A DNA stretch of 64,000 nt from an uncultured Poribacteria bacterium (GTDB lineage Bacteria; Poribacteria; WGA-4E; WGA-3G). The first letter of the stretch is position 1. Each line of letters begins with the position of its first letter. The notes beneath the pieces were generated by a model, which saw only the letters and a program-made list of their open reading frames with translations, did no database searches and was not told the origin of the DNA. The position numbers and the translations under genes are program-made. Of the stretch, positions 9,925 through 19,178 are shown in pieces. The DNA lies in the NCBI GenBank assembly GCA_951813565.1, contig OX638351.1, forward strand, positions 512,001 through 576,000, in the 5' to 3' direction.

Positions 9925-12369
9925 TTATACAAACACCTCAGAAAAGACGTCGGTCATATTTTCAACAAAGAGGAATGCAAGTCCTTCTTGGATATCTTCA
10001 GGAATTTCAACAAAATCTTTTTGGTTGCCCTGTGGGACAATAATTTTCTTAATACCTGCTTGCTTAGCGGCGAGTATCTTCTCTTTGACACCACCAATGG
10101 GCAGTACTCTACCTCTTAAGGTCAATTCACCCGTCATAGCGACTTCAGGATCAATACCACGTTTCGTTGCAATGGAAGCGAGGGCAGCGGCAATTGTGAT
10201 ACCCGCAGAGGGACCATCCTTTGGAATACCTCCCGCTGGTACATGAATATGGATATCGTCTTGGAGTGCAAGTGTGTCAAATTCCAAGGAAGAGGCTTGA
10301 GATTTGACATAAGTGAGTGCTGTTTGTGCCGATTCCTGCATCACTTCACCTATTTGTCCAGTGACAAGGAGTTCCCCCTTTCCACTCTGTTTTTGGGAGG
10401 CAGTCGCCTCAATAAAGAGTATTTCACCTCCCGCCGGTGTAACTGAGAGACCGGTAGCAACACCGACATCAGCCGTTCTGCCAGCAATTTCGGAATCGAA
10501 CTTCGGAGGACCAAGATAATTCGGTATTTCTTTAATTCCGATTTTGGTGCGATCGTTTTGTCCTTCCGCTACACGGCGCGCAGATTTACGGCATAACGTG
10601 CCAAGTTCGCGCTCCAGATTCCGAACACCTGCCTCTCGGGTGTATTCATTGATTACTTTTCCAATTGCTGCAGCAGAGATCCCCAATTGTTTCTTCGTAA
10701 TACCGTTTTCCTTAAGTTGACGCGGGATAAGATACTGTTTTGCAATCTGTTTCTTCTCGTTTGAGGTGTAGCCAGGCAGCTCAATTGTTTCCATTCGGTC
10801 ACGAAGCGGGGGTGGAATTGTGTGGAGTTGGTTTGCCGTTGTGATGAACATAATCTGTGACAGATCAAATGGGACATCCAAATAGTTATCAGTGAATGCA
10901 TGGTTTTGTTCAGGATCCAGTACTTCAAGCAGTGCTGCTGCTGGATCACCTCTGAAATCGGAACCAAGCTTATCAATTTCATCAAGCATAAAGACAGGAT
11001 TATTAGATTCTGCCTGCCGTACCCCTTTAATAATACGACCAGGCATTGAACCGATGTAGGTGCGTCGATGCCCACGAATTTCGGCTTCGTCGTGCATACC
11101 GCCAAGGGAGATACGGGCAAATTTTCTACCAATAGCACGAGCGATAGACTTACCGAGAGATGTTTTTCCCACCCCCGGCGGACCTACGAAGCAAAAGATA
11201 GGACCCTTCATGTCAGATTTAAGAATTCGGACAGCGAGATGTTCAACAATACGTTCTTTTACTTTCGTTAAATTGTAGTGGTCTGCATCAAGAATTTTCA
11301 TTGCCTTTGTAAGGTCAATAGCGTCCTCTGTATGGACTGCCCACGGTAAATTGAGAAGCCAATCCAAATAATTTCGTGAAACGGTTGATTCCGGTGAAAA
11401 AGACTGCATTTTGGAAAGACGATTAAGTTCCTTGATAGCCGCTTTGTGTGCTTTTGGCGGTAAATTGGCATCTTTCAACTGTTCACGCATTTCGTTGATA
11501 TCAGAAGCTAAATCATCTGACTCACCGAGTTCCGTCTGAATTGCTTTAAGCTGCTCACGTAGGAAGTACTCACGTTGTCCTTTATTGATAACGGCTTGTG
11601 CGTTGGACTGAATTTTGCTTTCCAACTCATGCAGGTCAACCTCTTTTGCAAGGATAACAGCAAGTTTATTAAGCCGCTCAGGAATAGAGACTGCCTCAAG
11701 GACTTGCTGCTTCTCTTGAGGTTTGAGGTCTAAGACAGCGGCAATATAATCGGCTAACCTCCCAGGTTCATCAATGTTTTTGGTCATGATCCCATGTTCT
11801 TCTTGATAACGTGAGGAAAGTTGGACAATGCGCTGGAACATTTCATCAGTGCTTCGAACGAGCGCTTCAATCTCTAAGTCATCATCATCAACCTGTTCTT
11901 CAATATCCTCTTCATCTTCTATAAGGCGGACGCGTGCTTTCAAAAAAGGTTCATTGTGCAGTATTTCTTCAATTTGAACCCGTGCGCGGCCATTTGCGAG
12001 AAACAGCACATCTTCATCATCTTTTTTCGCGCGAAGAATGTGAATTAGGCTGCCGATGGGGCTTAATTCTTCCAAAGTCATATCTTTGACTGCGCGCGGG
12101 TCTATGTCTAAACTGCGACCCGAATTAGTTTGGAAAATACAGAGCACCCGTTCACCGTTTAACATCGCATCGTCAACAGCATCCATGACCATTTTCCCCG
12201 AAAGCGCAACATGATGTGGTGGAAAAGGCGGTACCGGTGGCATATAAGGAAAGATGACAAGATCATTCACCGGAAGTATCGGTAGCTCCGCCGTCTCTAA
12301 GATTTCTTCAGCATCCTCATGTTCTTCAGAATTTTCATCTTCATTAATAGTTTCGTGTTCGTTTTCCAT
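9925..12369 (-). CDS. lon: Lon protease (endopeptidase La)
   Basis: Lon N-domain, GPPGVGKT, GHRRTYIG, LDEIDK, PKDGPSAG, IGGVKEK. Confidence 0.97.
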   Translation of the reverse strand: MENEHETINEDENSEEHEDAEEILETAELPILPVNDLVIFPYMPPVPPFPPHHVALSGKMVMDAVDDAMLNGERVLCIFQTNSGRSLDIDPRAVKDMTLEELSPIGSLIHILRAKKDDEDVLFLANGRARVQIEEILHNEPFLKARVRLIEDEEDIEEQVDDDDLEIEALVRSTDEMFQRIVQLSSRYQEEHGIMTKNIDEPGRLADYIAAVLDLKPQEKQQVLEAVSIPERLNKLAVILAKEVDLHELESKIQSNAQAVINKGQREYFLREQLKAIQTELGESDDLASDINEMREQLKDANLPPKAHKAAIKELNRLSKMQSFSPESTVSRNYLDWLLNLPWAVHTEDAIDLTKAMKILDADHYNLTKVKERIVEHLAVRILKSDMKGPIFCFVGPPGVGKTSLGKSIARAIGRKFARISLGGMHDEAEIRGHRRTYIGSMPGRIIKGVRQAESNNPVFMLDEIDKLGSDFRGDPAAALLEVLDPEQNHAFTDNYLDVPFDLSQIMFITTANQLHTIPPPLRDRMETIELPGYTSNEKKQIAKQYLIPRQLKENGITKKQLGISAAAIGKVINEYTREAGVRNLERELGTLCRKSARRVAEGQNDRTKIGIKEIPNYLGPPKFDSEIAGRTADVGVATGLSVTPAGGEILFIEATASQKQSGKGELLVTGQIGEVMQESAQTALTYVKSQASSLEFDTLALQDDIHIHVPAGGIPKDGPSAGITIAAALASIATKRGIDPEVAMTGELTLRGRVLPIGGVKEKILAAKQAGIKKIIVPQGNQKDFVEIPEDIQEGLAFLFVENMTDVFSEVFV

Positions 12370-12479
12370 TGCTATCTATTCTCCTTTCCATATTTCTCTT
12401 TTTCTTTAAGTACATCGCTAACATCTTTGGATGGTGTCACTGTTGAAGACGCTCCGACAGGTGCCCTTTCAAAACATTC

Positions 12480-13595
12480 CTACTCGGATTTATGGACACT
12501 GTTAATCCATCCACGTTCTCCTTCAATAATTACCTCTGTTTTAAGTGCAGCGCACCGTTTTTGATACTCTTGCAGCGCCTCTATTGCAGATTCCTCTAAA
12601 TTTTTATCAGTAGTCTCTGTGGCAGAACCTTTAGCTTTAAGGAGACTCGGTTGCGGAATTGACTCACCCAGTTTATCTACCAAAATCGGAATCAATTCAA
12701 TAGATTTGAGTGCTCCTTCTACAAAAGTTACTTTAGGAATAATTGTGCGCGCATACTGTAATGAATAGGTATCATAGATGAAGTCTGCGAGACTATAGAC
12801 AATAGGTTTTTCTTTATAGAGTTCAATACCCCCAAGTGTATGGAGTTGTTGACATAAAACCAGATCAGCGCCGGCATCAATAAGTGCTTGTGCAAAAATG
12901 CGTTGCCGTCCGATACTCGCTTGTTGTGCCATCAGTTCTGCGTCCTTTCTACCCCAATGCAACCAGACGATGACAAGTTCTGCATTATCATTTACCTGCC
13001 TAACCGCATGCGTCATTTGGCTATAGGCAGCAGAGGCAACAACGTCTAACGATGCCATATTGAATTCATTTCCACGCAAATAAGCGTACAATGCAATTTT
13101 TTTAGCGTTAACTTCTAACCATGCAGGCGCATTTGCTGCTGCAGGTGAAATTCCCGCACCTATTGATTTAACGTTGTACCATTCCAAATTGGTTACCGTA
13201 TCTTCAAGTGCTTCGATTCCAAAATCCATGATGTGCGGTGTCGCTAAGGAAACTGCATCAAATCCGGCATTTGCGAGTGCTCGTGCGAGTCCGGGAGCAG
13301 CACGGAAACGCAATTCTCGACTTGGATCTGGCTCTCCTCTGTCTGAAATGCTCGTGTTGAGGGATACTGTGGCAACATCCGCTGACTGAATGACAGCTGC
13401 CGTGCCTTCAAAAAATACACCTGCACCCTGTCGTTCAATGAGTGGCGTAAAGTTGCTTCCTATTGTTATATCGCCAACAGCAACGATGGAAATTTCTTCG
13501 GAGTCTAAGTCCGACGCGAGAGATGATGCTTCTAATGTAATACCACACGGTATAAGCAGAAACACAGAAATGAGAAAAAATGTTGTGTTTTTCAT
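12480..13595 (-). CDS. CapA family (PGA_cap) metallophosphatase-fold exported protein
   Basis: VAVGDI, AGFDAVSLATPHIMDFG, LHWG, IDAGADLV, PIVYSL. Confidence 0.85.
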   Translation of the reverse strand: MKNTTFFLISVFLLIPCGITLEASSLASDLDSEEISIVAVGDITIGSNFTPLIERQGAGVFFEGTAAVIQSADVATVSLNTSISDRGEPDPSRELRFRAAPGLARALANAGFDAVSLATPHIMDFGIEALEDTVTNLEWYNVKSIGAGISPAAANAPAWLEVNAKKIALYAYLRGNEFNMASLDVVASAAYSQMTHAVRQVNDNAELVIVWLHWGRKDAELMAQQASIGRQRIFAQALIDAGADLVLCQQLHTLGGIELYKEKPIVYSLADFIYDTYSLQYARTIIPKVTFVEGALKSIELIPILVDKLGESIPQPSLLKAKGSATETTDKNLEESAIEALQEYQKRCAALKTEVIIEGERGWINSVHKSE

Positions 13596-14062
13596 GATTC
13601 TTTTTTTAATTGTGTGCCAATTGTTATCAAAGCATTCGCGAGCGCTTGCCGGTCAGACTGTCCATCATTTTGGAGTTTTTGTGTTTCTGTGCGAAGTCCA
13701 TCAATTTGTGTCTGAAAATCAGTTGCGAATTCATTAATGAGCATTGACAATTTTTCAAGATCGTTCTCACTACGGCTAATAAGTTCGTCAATACGATTAT
13801 CAACGCGCTGCGCTATGTTATCTGGTATGTCCCCGTATTGCGCTTTAACAGTCGCGACCTCCTTCAACAATCTTGTTTCCATTTCAACAATACTCTGTTG
13901 GGCATTTTCAAGTTCTTGGGTCAATTTCTCAATTTTCTCATTGTAATTACGAAAATCATCTCCAAATATACTGTCCCTGATATAGGCTTCTAAGTTTTGC
14001 GGTTTTGTCTGTTGTGATTCTGCTGTCCCTTCAATCATAGGTGGCTGCTGTGTTTCTTTCAT
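13592..14062 (-). CDS. Hypothetical coiled-coil protein
   Basis: Heptad-rich ORF with IRDSIFG motif; AAGGAG upstream; overlaps the capA start. Confidence 0.7.
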   Translation of the reverse strand: MKETQQPPMIEGTAESQQTKPQNLEAYIRDSIFGDDFRNYNEKIEKLTQELENAQQSIVEMETRLLKEVATVKAQYGDIPDNIAQRVDNRIDELISRSENDLEKLSMLINEFATDFQTQIDGLRTETQKLQNDGQSDRQALANALITIGTQLKKES

Positions 14063-14146
14063 AAAATATCTCCTTCGCAAATCTTAGTATCTAACATGAC
14101 GCGTCCTATCTAATATAGCGCGAAATTGCCTTACGGTTTAAGAACA

Positions 14147-15226
14147 TTATGGATAGTTATATAGGTTTTCTGGTGCCAGATCCTCTTGTTCAATGTCTAA
14201 TGGCACTGTGGGGTCATTTTGTTCTACAGTTTCATCTGTAGGCTGCGTGCGACTGGCGTTAAATTCGCGGAGGATACAGTTAACAATTTCTTCGCTATAT
14301 GCTTCTGCTGAGACTTGTCTCTGATTTGCTTCCCATGCCATTCGAGCTACCGCTTCAAAGTACTCTGCGTGTTTGTAAGCATCTAAAAGGTCTATCCCGC
14401 GTGAAAAAGTGCCGTGTCCAACCCAATAAAGGATATGGCGCATCGGTGCGGAACCGTTTTCAAAAAGTCGTAAACTCTCATAAGATAATTCAGGTATCCC
14501 TGGCACCCGTTCTTGAACAAACCCAATCCCACCAGATGCATCATAAATAATCGGAGTTTCCGGTTCATATCCTTTAAGGAAACTATAAAAACGATCAGGG
14601 TGACCGTGTTCTGTACGCGAAATTAGGTTTAGAAACTTCGGTTGCAAGTGAACTAACGCTTGAAATCCGTGTTTTTCAAGTTGCTCAAAAATCAAGAGAT
14701 AATGAAACATCTCACTCGTAGGCACACAAGACTGTGAGGCATTTTCCGACTCTGTAGAATTATCTATCTCAACCTGTGTTTGCGTGCCAAAGCGCATTCG
14801 ATAATGTGTTCCATCCGGTTCTACTTCAATGACCGTAAGATTTAGCGCGGGGTGCTCTATACCTACCATGTCCAACCGTGAACCCGATTTGGTTAAAAGC
14901 ACATGTCTACCCGCTAACCCTTTCACGACAATTGCTGCAGGCAACGCGTATCGTGGTGACTCCTCATAAGCGATAAGGCATTTTGCATCTACCGGTTCTG
15001 ATAGTATAACCCCCATATTGCCTGCTGAAGCCCATAGGTAGTCATGAGCGTGCGCATGTGCACCTACCCACCCCATTTGACCAATACATGTGCCTAATTC
15101 GCTATCAGGTGAAATGGGTTGAAGACCCGGTTGATAACCCCTCATACACCACTGTCGGTATAGGTAACTATGTGCTGGTGGCGGTTGCTGGTGCGTCAAG
15201 TAAGGATTGACTAATGTTAATTTCAC
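14147..15226 (-). CDS. Class II aldolase/adducin-fold protein, RhaD-like, divergent
   Basis: SAGNM, LTKSG, ALVHLQP, PG..EL, WVGHGTFSRG.DL.DAY...EYFE..A. Confidence 0.6.
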   Translation of the reverse strand: MKLTLVNPYLTHQQPPPAHSYLYRQWCMRGYQPGLQPISPDSELGTCIGQMGWVGAHAHAHDYLWASAGNMGVILSEPVDAKCLIAYEESPRYALPAAIVVKGLAGRHVLLTKSGSRLDMVGIEHPALNLTVIEVEPDGTHYRMRFGTQTQVEIDNSTESENASQSCVPTSEMFHYLLIFEQLEKHGFQALVHLQPKFLNLISRTEHGHPDRFYSFLKGYEPETPIIYDASGGIGFVQERVPGIPELSYESLRLFENGSAPMRHILYWVGHGTFSRGIDLLDAYKHAEYFEAVARMAWEANQRQVSAEAYSEEIVNCILREFNASRTQPTDETVEQNDPTVPLDIEQEDLAPENLYNYP

Positions 15227-15324
15227 TTGTACCTTTTGGTATAAATTTCTATTCCAAATACTTTATCTTAAAATATACCATGTTTTAAGGGCTTTAGCAA
15301 GTTAAAACGTTGAATCACACTATT

Positions 15325-15687
15325 GGGTGTGTAAAGTTTTTGTAGAAATCCGCACAACTCCTATTGTAGGGGCGGGTTTCCGTGCCTGCCTGTTGCATGG
15401 CACGTCCTGCGCAGTGGCGGGGCACAGAGACCCCGCCCATAGGCGTCAATTTAAGCACACAATTACCAAATTGCCTCTTGTGGGAGGGCTTTATAAGCCC
15501 GATTTATATGTATTTATCGGGGTTGAAAACCCCTCCCACAAGAGGGTATATCCTTAAATTGACGGCTATGGGGCACCAAATCAACGGTATGAATGCCTTA
15601 TCGCATTCCCCGGGACCCCGCCCTACAGTGGAAAACGCCGCGTAATCATTGCAAATTGAACCTATGTAACCAAATATTTACACACCC
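15325..15687. mobile_element. MITE with GGGTGTGTAAA ends and 9-bp target duplication, carrying a nested element
   Basis: IR 15325-15335 / 15677-15687; CACACTATT on both flanks (15316-15324, 15688-15696). Confidence 0.85.
15436..15572. mobile_element. Nested MITE-like element
   Basis: 20-bp IR CCCATAG(G/C)CGTCAATTTAAG at both ends; the same end recurs inverted at ~21710-21731. Confidence 0.7.
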
Positions 15688-15810
15688 CACACTATTTCTT
15701 TTCTTGAATTAATAGCGCTTTTCTGGTATCCTGTTGCACAGTGAAACACTCCAAACTAAACGACAACCCCAGAAAATCAGCAGCCATAAGGAAAGAACCG
15801 GTGAAACTCA

Positions 15811-16018
15811 ATAAGCATATCCCAATTCACTTGCCCATCGCACATTGAAAGATCTATCGCCAAAAGAATTATACGTCTTGATGAGCATTTCCAAAACCCA
15901 TGATTTCTCAAATATTTTGAACTTTTACCAGAACTTTTAGAGTTTTGCGGTGTTTTCAACAATATCTATGAAGAAGAATTGGTTTACGAAAGAACAGAGA
16001 GAAATGCTAAGCAAATTG
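15811..16018 (+). pseudogene. Internally deleted, decayed paralog of the MNT-HEPN gene at 17087-17982
   Basis: 5' part aligns by eye to ~17080-17180 (cccatcgcaca..gaaaga.ctatc; cttga.gagcatttcc). 3' part aligns to ~17790-17908 (tgatttctcaa; gttttcaa.aatat.tatg.agaagaa.tggtttacg; aaatgctaagcaaattg). Confidence 0.7.
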
Positions 16019-16039
16019 AAACACACCCACAAACCCTTG

Positions 16040-16125
16040 TGGAGCAGACGTCCGACGCTTCTTCGGAAACGCTGACTGCTACGAAGCACAGGTTTTCCCA
16101 CGCTTTAGCGTGTAAGTACTATGAC
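16040..16125 (+). mobile_element. Possible right-end remnant of an IS200/IS605 (TnpB) element
   Basis: ggagcagacgtc...gaagc...cccacgctttagcgtg...tatgac resembles the subterminal hairpin and end of tnpB elements. Confidence 0.45.
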
Positions 16126-16257
16126 TCTTGTAAATCACCCTAAATCTGGCAATAGGAGAGTTGAACATGCGACCACTAACGATCTCACTACCAGATTATC
16201 TCTATGAGAAATTGATACAACAAGCACAAGCGTCCGAAACTTCTCTTGCAATTTAAC

Positions 16258-16286
16258 TTGCAAGCGGTTTTGAAATATGTTAAGAT
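16258..16286 (+). promoter_or_regulatory. Sigma70-type promoter for the mazEF-like operon
   Basis: TTGCAA-17-TAAGAT with TGn extension. Confidence 0.5.
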
Positions 16287-16350
16287 CATAATAGCACAAA
16301 CAGAAAATCAGAGAATTAAATTTCATTGCTGAAAAATAAGGAGTTACCTT

Positions 16351-16601
16351 ATGCCAAAACCGAGTGCCTCCTCAAAAAAAATATATCGAAATTCACAAAA
16401 CCTGATATGTCTGACCAGGACAACACATTAGCAGATACTGATGCGCCACTTCCCAAAAAAGAGGGAGGACCTGTCCCAGCACCAAAATATACGCTTGAAC
16501 AACTTCTTGCAAACATACCAGAACCAGATCTTAAAGTGCTGAAGTCTAATTCTTCCGAAGAAGTGAATACAGGAAAACCGATAGGCAAGGAGGCATGGTA
16601 A
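16351..16601 (+). CDS. MazE-like antitoxin (C-terminal toxin-binding part); start ambiguous or frameshifted
   Basis: YTLEQLLANI...EVNTGKPIGKEAW matches the MazE C-terminus. The SD-led ATG at 16351 needs a -1 shift at the A8 run; alternative ATG at 16407. Confidence 0.65.
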
Positions 16602-16608
16602 ATTCGCC

Positions 16609-17046
16609 ATGTATATTCCACGACGTGGTGATATAGTGTGGATTAACTTTGATCCTCAAGCGGGACATGAACAAGCAAATGTGCGTCCTGCTCTTGTGCT
16701 TTCAGATGAACAGTATAATCGTAGGTTACGTCTTGCAATAATGTGTCCAATTACGACCCGCCGTGCTTCCTATCGAAGATATCTTGATGTCTCTATCCCT
16801 CCAGAAGTAACAATTCAAAACAAAGACTCTACAGGTTTAATCAAACTCACTGGCGTAATTCAGGCTGATCATATCAAAAGTCTTGATTGGTTAGAAAGAG
16901 ATGCAAAGTACGCGGGTGATATGCCCAATGATGCAGTAAATCAGGTTCTGCAAATAGTTGGAACACTCGTTAAAAATTTGGGATGTACAATAATTCAATT
17001 GCCTATGGCTGTTGAAAAGGCGTTGTTGTCCACCTTACGAGCATAG
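16609..17046 (+). CDS. mazF: MazF/PemK endoribonuclease toxin
   Basis: YIPRRGDIVWINFDPQAGHEQA..RPALVLS...CPITT...DHIKSLDW. Confidence 0.92.
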   Translation: MYIPRRGDIVWINFDPQAGHEQANVRPALVLSDEQYNRRLRLAIMCPITTRRASYRRYLDVSIPPEVTIQNKDSTGLIKLTGVIQADHIKSLDWLERDAKYAGDMPNDAVNQVLQIVGTLVKNLGCTIIQLPMAVEKALLSTLRA

Positions 17047-17086
17047 AAACTACATATCCGTATACATTTTCTAAGGAGATAGCGAT

Positions 17087-17554
17087 ATGTCTCAATCCAC
17101 AGACACCCATCGCACAGCGAAAGACCTATCACCTGAAGAATTAGCAGAATACAGCCGCCGCCTTGACGAGCATTTCCGAAATCGAAAGGTAGATGAGGAA
17201 TTGCTGCAACGCGCATGGCACACCGCGCATCGGATTGCAGCAGTGCTCTATGAAGACTTCGGGGCAACACAAGTCGCAGTATTCGGGTCGCTTACCGAAC
17301 AGGATTCGTTTTCAAAATGGTCGGATATAGATATTGCTGTCTGGGGAATTTCAGATGACGAGTATTTTCTGGCAGTATCAAAAGCAATGGATATTAGTGG
17401 ATTATTCAAAGTTGATTTGGTCGATTTTGAAAGTTCTAAAGGACTGTTTCGTGAAAGGATTCAGAGTCAATTAATTACTATCGAAAAAGGATTCACCTAC
17501 AAAGTGGACAGAAACGTGCTGATTCAGCGTATTTCTGATGAACGAAAAAAATAG
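17087..17554 (+). CDS. Minimal nucleotidyltransferase (MNT) antitoxin domain
   Basis: VFGSL...SDIDIAVWG...KVDLVD; AAGGAG RBS. Confidence 0.85.
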   Translation: MSQSTDTHRTAKDLSPEELAEYSRRLDEHFRNRKVDEELLQRAWHTAHRIAAVLYEDFGATQVAVFGSLTEQDSFSKWSDIDIAVWGISDDEYFLAVSKAMDISGLFKVDLVDFESSKGLFRERIQSQLITIEKGFTYKVDRNVLIQRISDERKK

Positions 17555-17982
17555 AGGAAACTGTAGGAAAAATTGCAGAAAGATTAGAAAAGATTAAGAC
17601 CGCCCCCGTTGAGTATAGAGAAGAGATAGAAACGACAATTGCCAAAAATCTTGTTGATTGTTATCGGGGTATGGAGAATATCTTTAGACGAATTGCGCTT
17701 GATGTTGACTTACGCATGCCCGATGGAAGTAGGTGGCATAAAGAATTGCTTGCACAGATGGTAGCATCACAGGTTGAACGACAACCAGTGATTTCTCAAG
17801 AGACGTTTGAACTGCTGCAGGAGCTTTTGGAATTTCGCCACGTTTTCAATAATATTTATGGAGAAGAACTGGTTTACGCAAGAATAGAAAAAAATGCTAA
17901 GCAAATTGGTGAGTTGTTTTATGTCCTCTCCAAAGAACTGGATGTCTTGATTGCTTTTTTAAATACACAAGAAAATGACTGA
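17551..17982 (+). CDS. HepT-like HEPN RNase domain, in the -1 frame relative to MNT
   Basis: Open from 17551: IEETVGK...CYRGMENIFRRIA...WHKELLAQM...LLEFRHVFNNIYG. Confidence 0.7.
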   Translation: MEETVGKIAERLEKIKTAPVEYREEIETTIAKNLVDCYRGMENIFRRIALDVDLRMPDGSRWHKELLAQMVASQVERQPVISQETFELLQELLEFRHVFNNIYGEELVYARIEKNAKQIGELFYVLSKELDVLIAFLNTQEND

Positions 17983-19135
17983 ACATACGCTTATCCAACA
18001 AATTACCGACTTCTGCCGATTGCTCCGGCAGATGGGCGTTAATGTTACAACAACTAATCAACTCAGTTGGTGCAAGAGCCTTGAGTTGATTGACATTAGC
18101 GAACGGGAAACGTTTTATCATACAGCACGAACAAATTTGATTGCGAACCAAGCAAACAAAGAGACATTTGACTTGGCTTTCAATCTGTTTTGGCGGTATC
18201 CACGCCCCGAATTCCAAACTGTTGATACGGAAGGTGAAGAACCTGAGCCTTCTGCACTGCAAGACCTCTACGATGCTGACAACGAAGAGAATGTTATTGA
18301 TCAGTGGTTGGATTTTGAGCAGGAAAACGATGAGGAGGAAGGACAGGAAGACGACCCTATCGCTTATAGTATGGAAGATGTCCTGACCCGAAAGGATTTT
18401 AGTGAGTTTACTACGGAGGATATGGAGAAGGCACAGGATATTGTTGCAAAATTAGCAGCGATATTAGCAACAAAACTGAGTAGACGAAAGGTTATTAGCA
18501 AAAAGGGAAAGATCATTGACTTCCGGAGAAGTTGGCGTAGGAGTCTTGCACATGGCGGTGAACCGCTTGAATTAATGCGGAAACAACAGAAAATCAAAAA
18601 GACAAAAATTTTGCTCCTCTGTGATGTGAGTGGGTCTATGGATTGTTATGCGAAATTCCTAATCCAATTTATCTACGGCATGCAACAGGAATTGAGAGAA
18701 GTTGAGGTCGCTGTCTTCAGCACACATCTAACAAACATTACAGGACTGCTTCGGCGGAAAGGTTTGGCAGAAGGGCTGAATGAAGTTGCAAACGTCGTCC
18801 CAGACTGGTCAGGTGGCACAAAGATTGGGGAGAGTCTGTTAGAATTCTATCGGCAGTTTGCCACGTCTTTTTCTGCATATCGTTCAGTGGTAATCCTCAT
18901 CAGTGATGGTTGGGATAGAGGAGAAGCAGATCTGCTGCGCCGATCTATGGAGATGCTACATCGGCATGCGTATAAACTCATTTGGCTCAATCCGTTGCTC
19001 GGTAGCGACACCTATCAACCGATTTGTAGAGGTATTCGTACCGCATTACCTTATGTAGATTATTTCCTTCCCGCACACAATTTGGAGAGTTTGGCACAGT
19101 TGACAAAAGTATTGATTCCGCTCTGGGCAAAATGA
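17975..19135 (+). CDS. CoxE-like vWA domain protein
   Basis: DVSGSM, DWSGGTKIG, ISDGWDRG, IWLNPL. Confidence 0.9.
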   Translation: MTEHTLIQQITDFCRLLRQMGVNVTTTNQLSWCKSLELIDISERETFYHTARTNLIANQANKETFDLAFNLFWRYPRPEFQTVDTEGEEPEPSALQDLYDADNEENVIDQWLDFEQENDEEEGQEDDPIAYSMEDVLTRKDFSEFTTEDMEKAQDIVAKLAAILATKLSRRKVISKKGKIIDFRRSWRRSLAHGGEPLELMRKQQKIKKTKILLLCDVSGSMDCYAKFLIQFIYGMQQELREVEVAVFSTHLTNITGLLRRKGLAEGLNEVANVVPDWSGGTKIGESLLEFYRQFATSFSAYRSVVILISDGWDRGEADLLRRSMEMLHRHAYKLIWLNPLLGSDTYQPICRGIRTALPYVDYFLPAHNLESLAQLTKVLIPLWAK

Positions 19136-19178
19136 GTGGTGTCTGTAAACTATAGAAAATAAACAAGGAATTCTAACT

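Noticed and set aside
15327..15645. ORFs within the MITE (likewise 9668-9898, 21301-21535, 26182-26391, 32726-32908)
   Set aside because: Lie inside non-coding repeat elements; no RBS or recognisable domain
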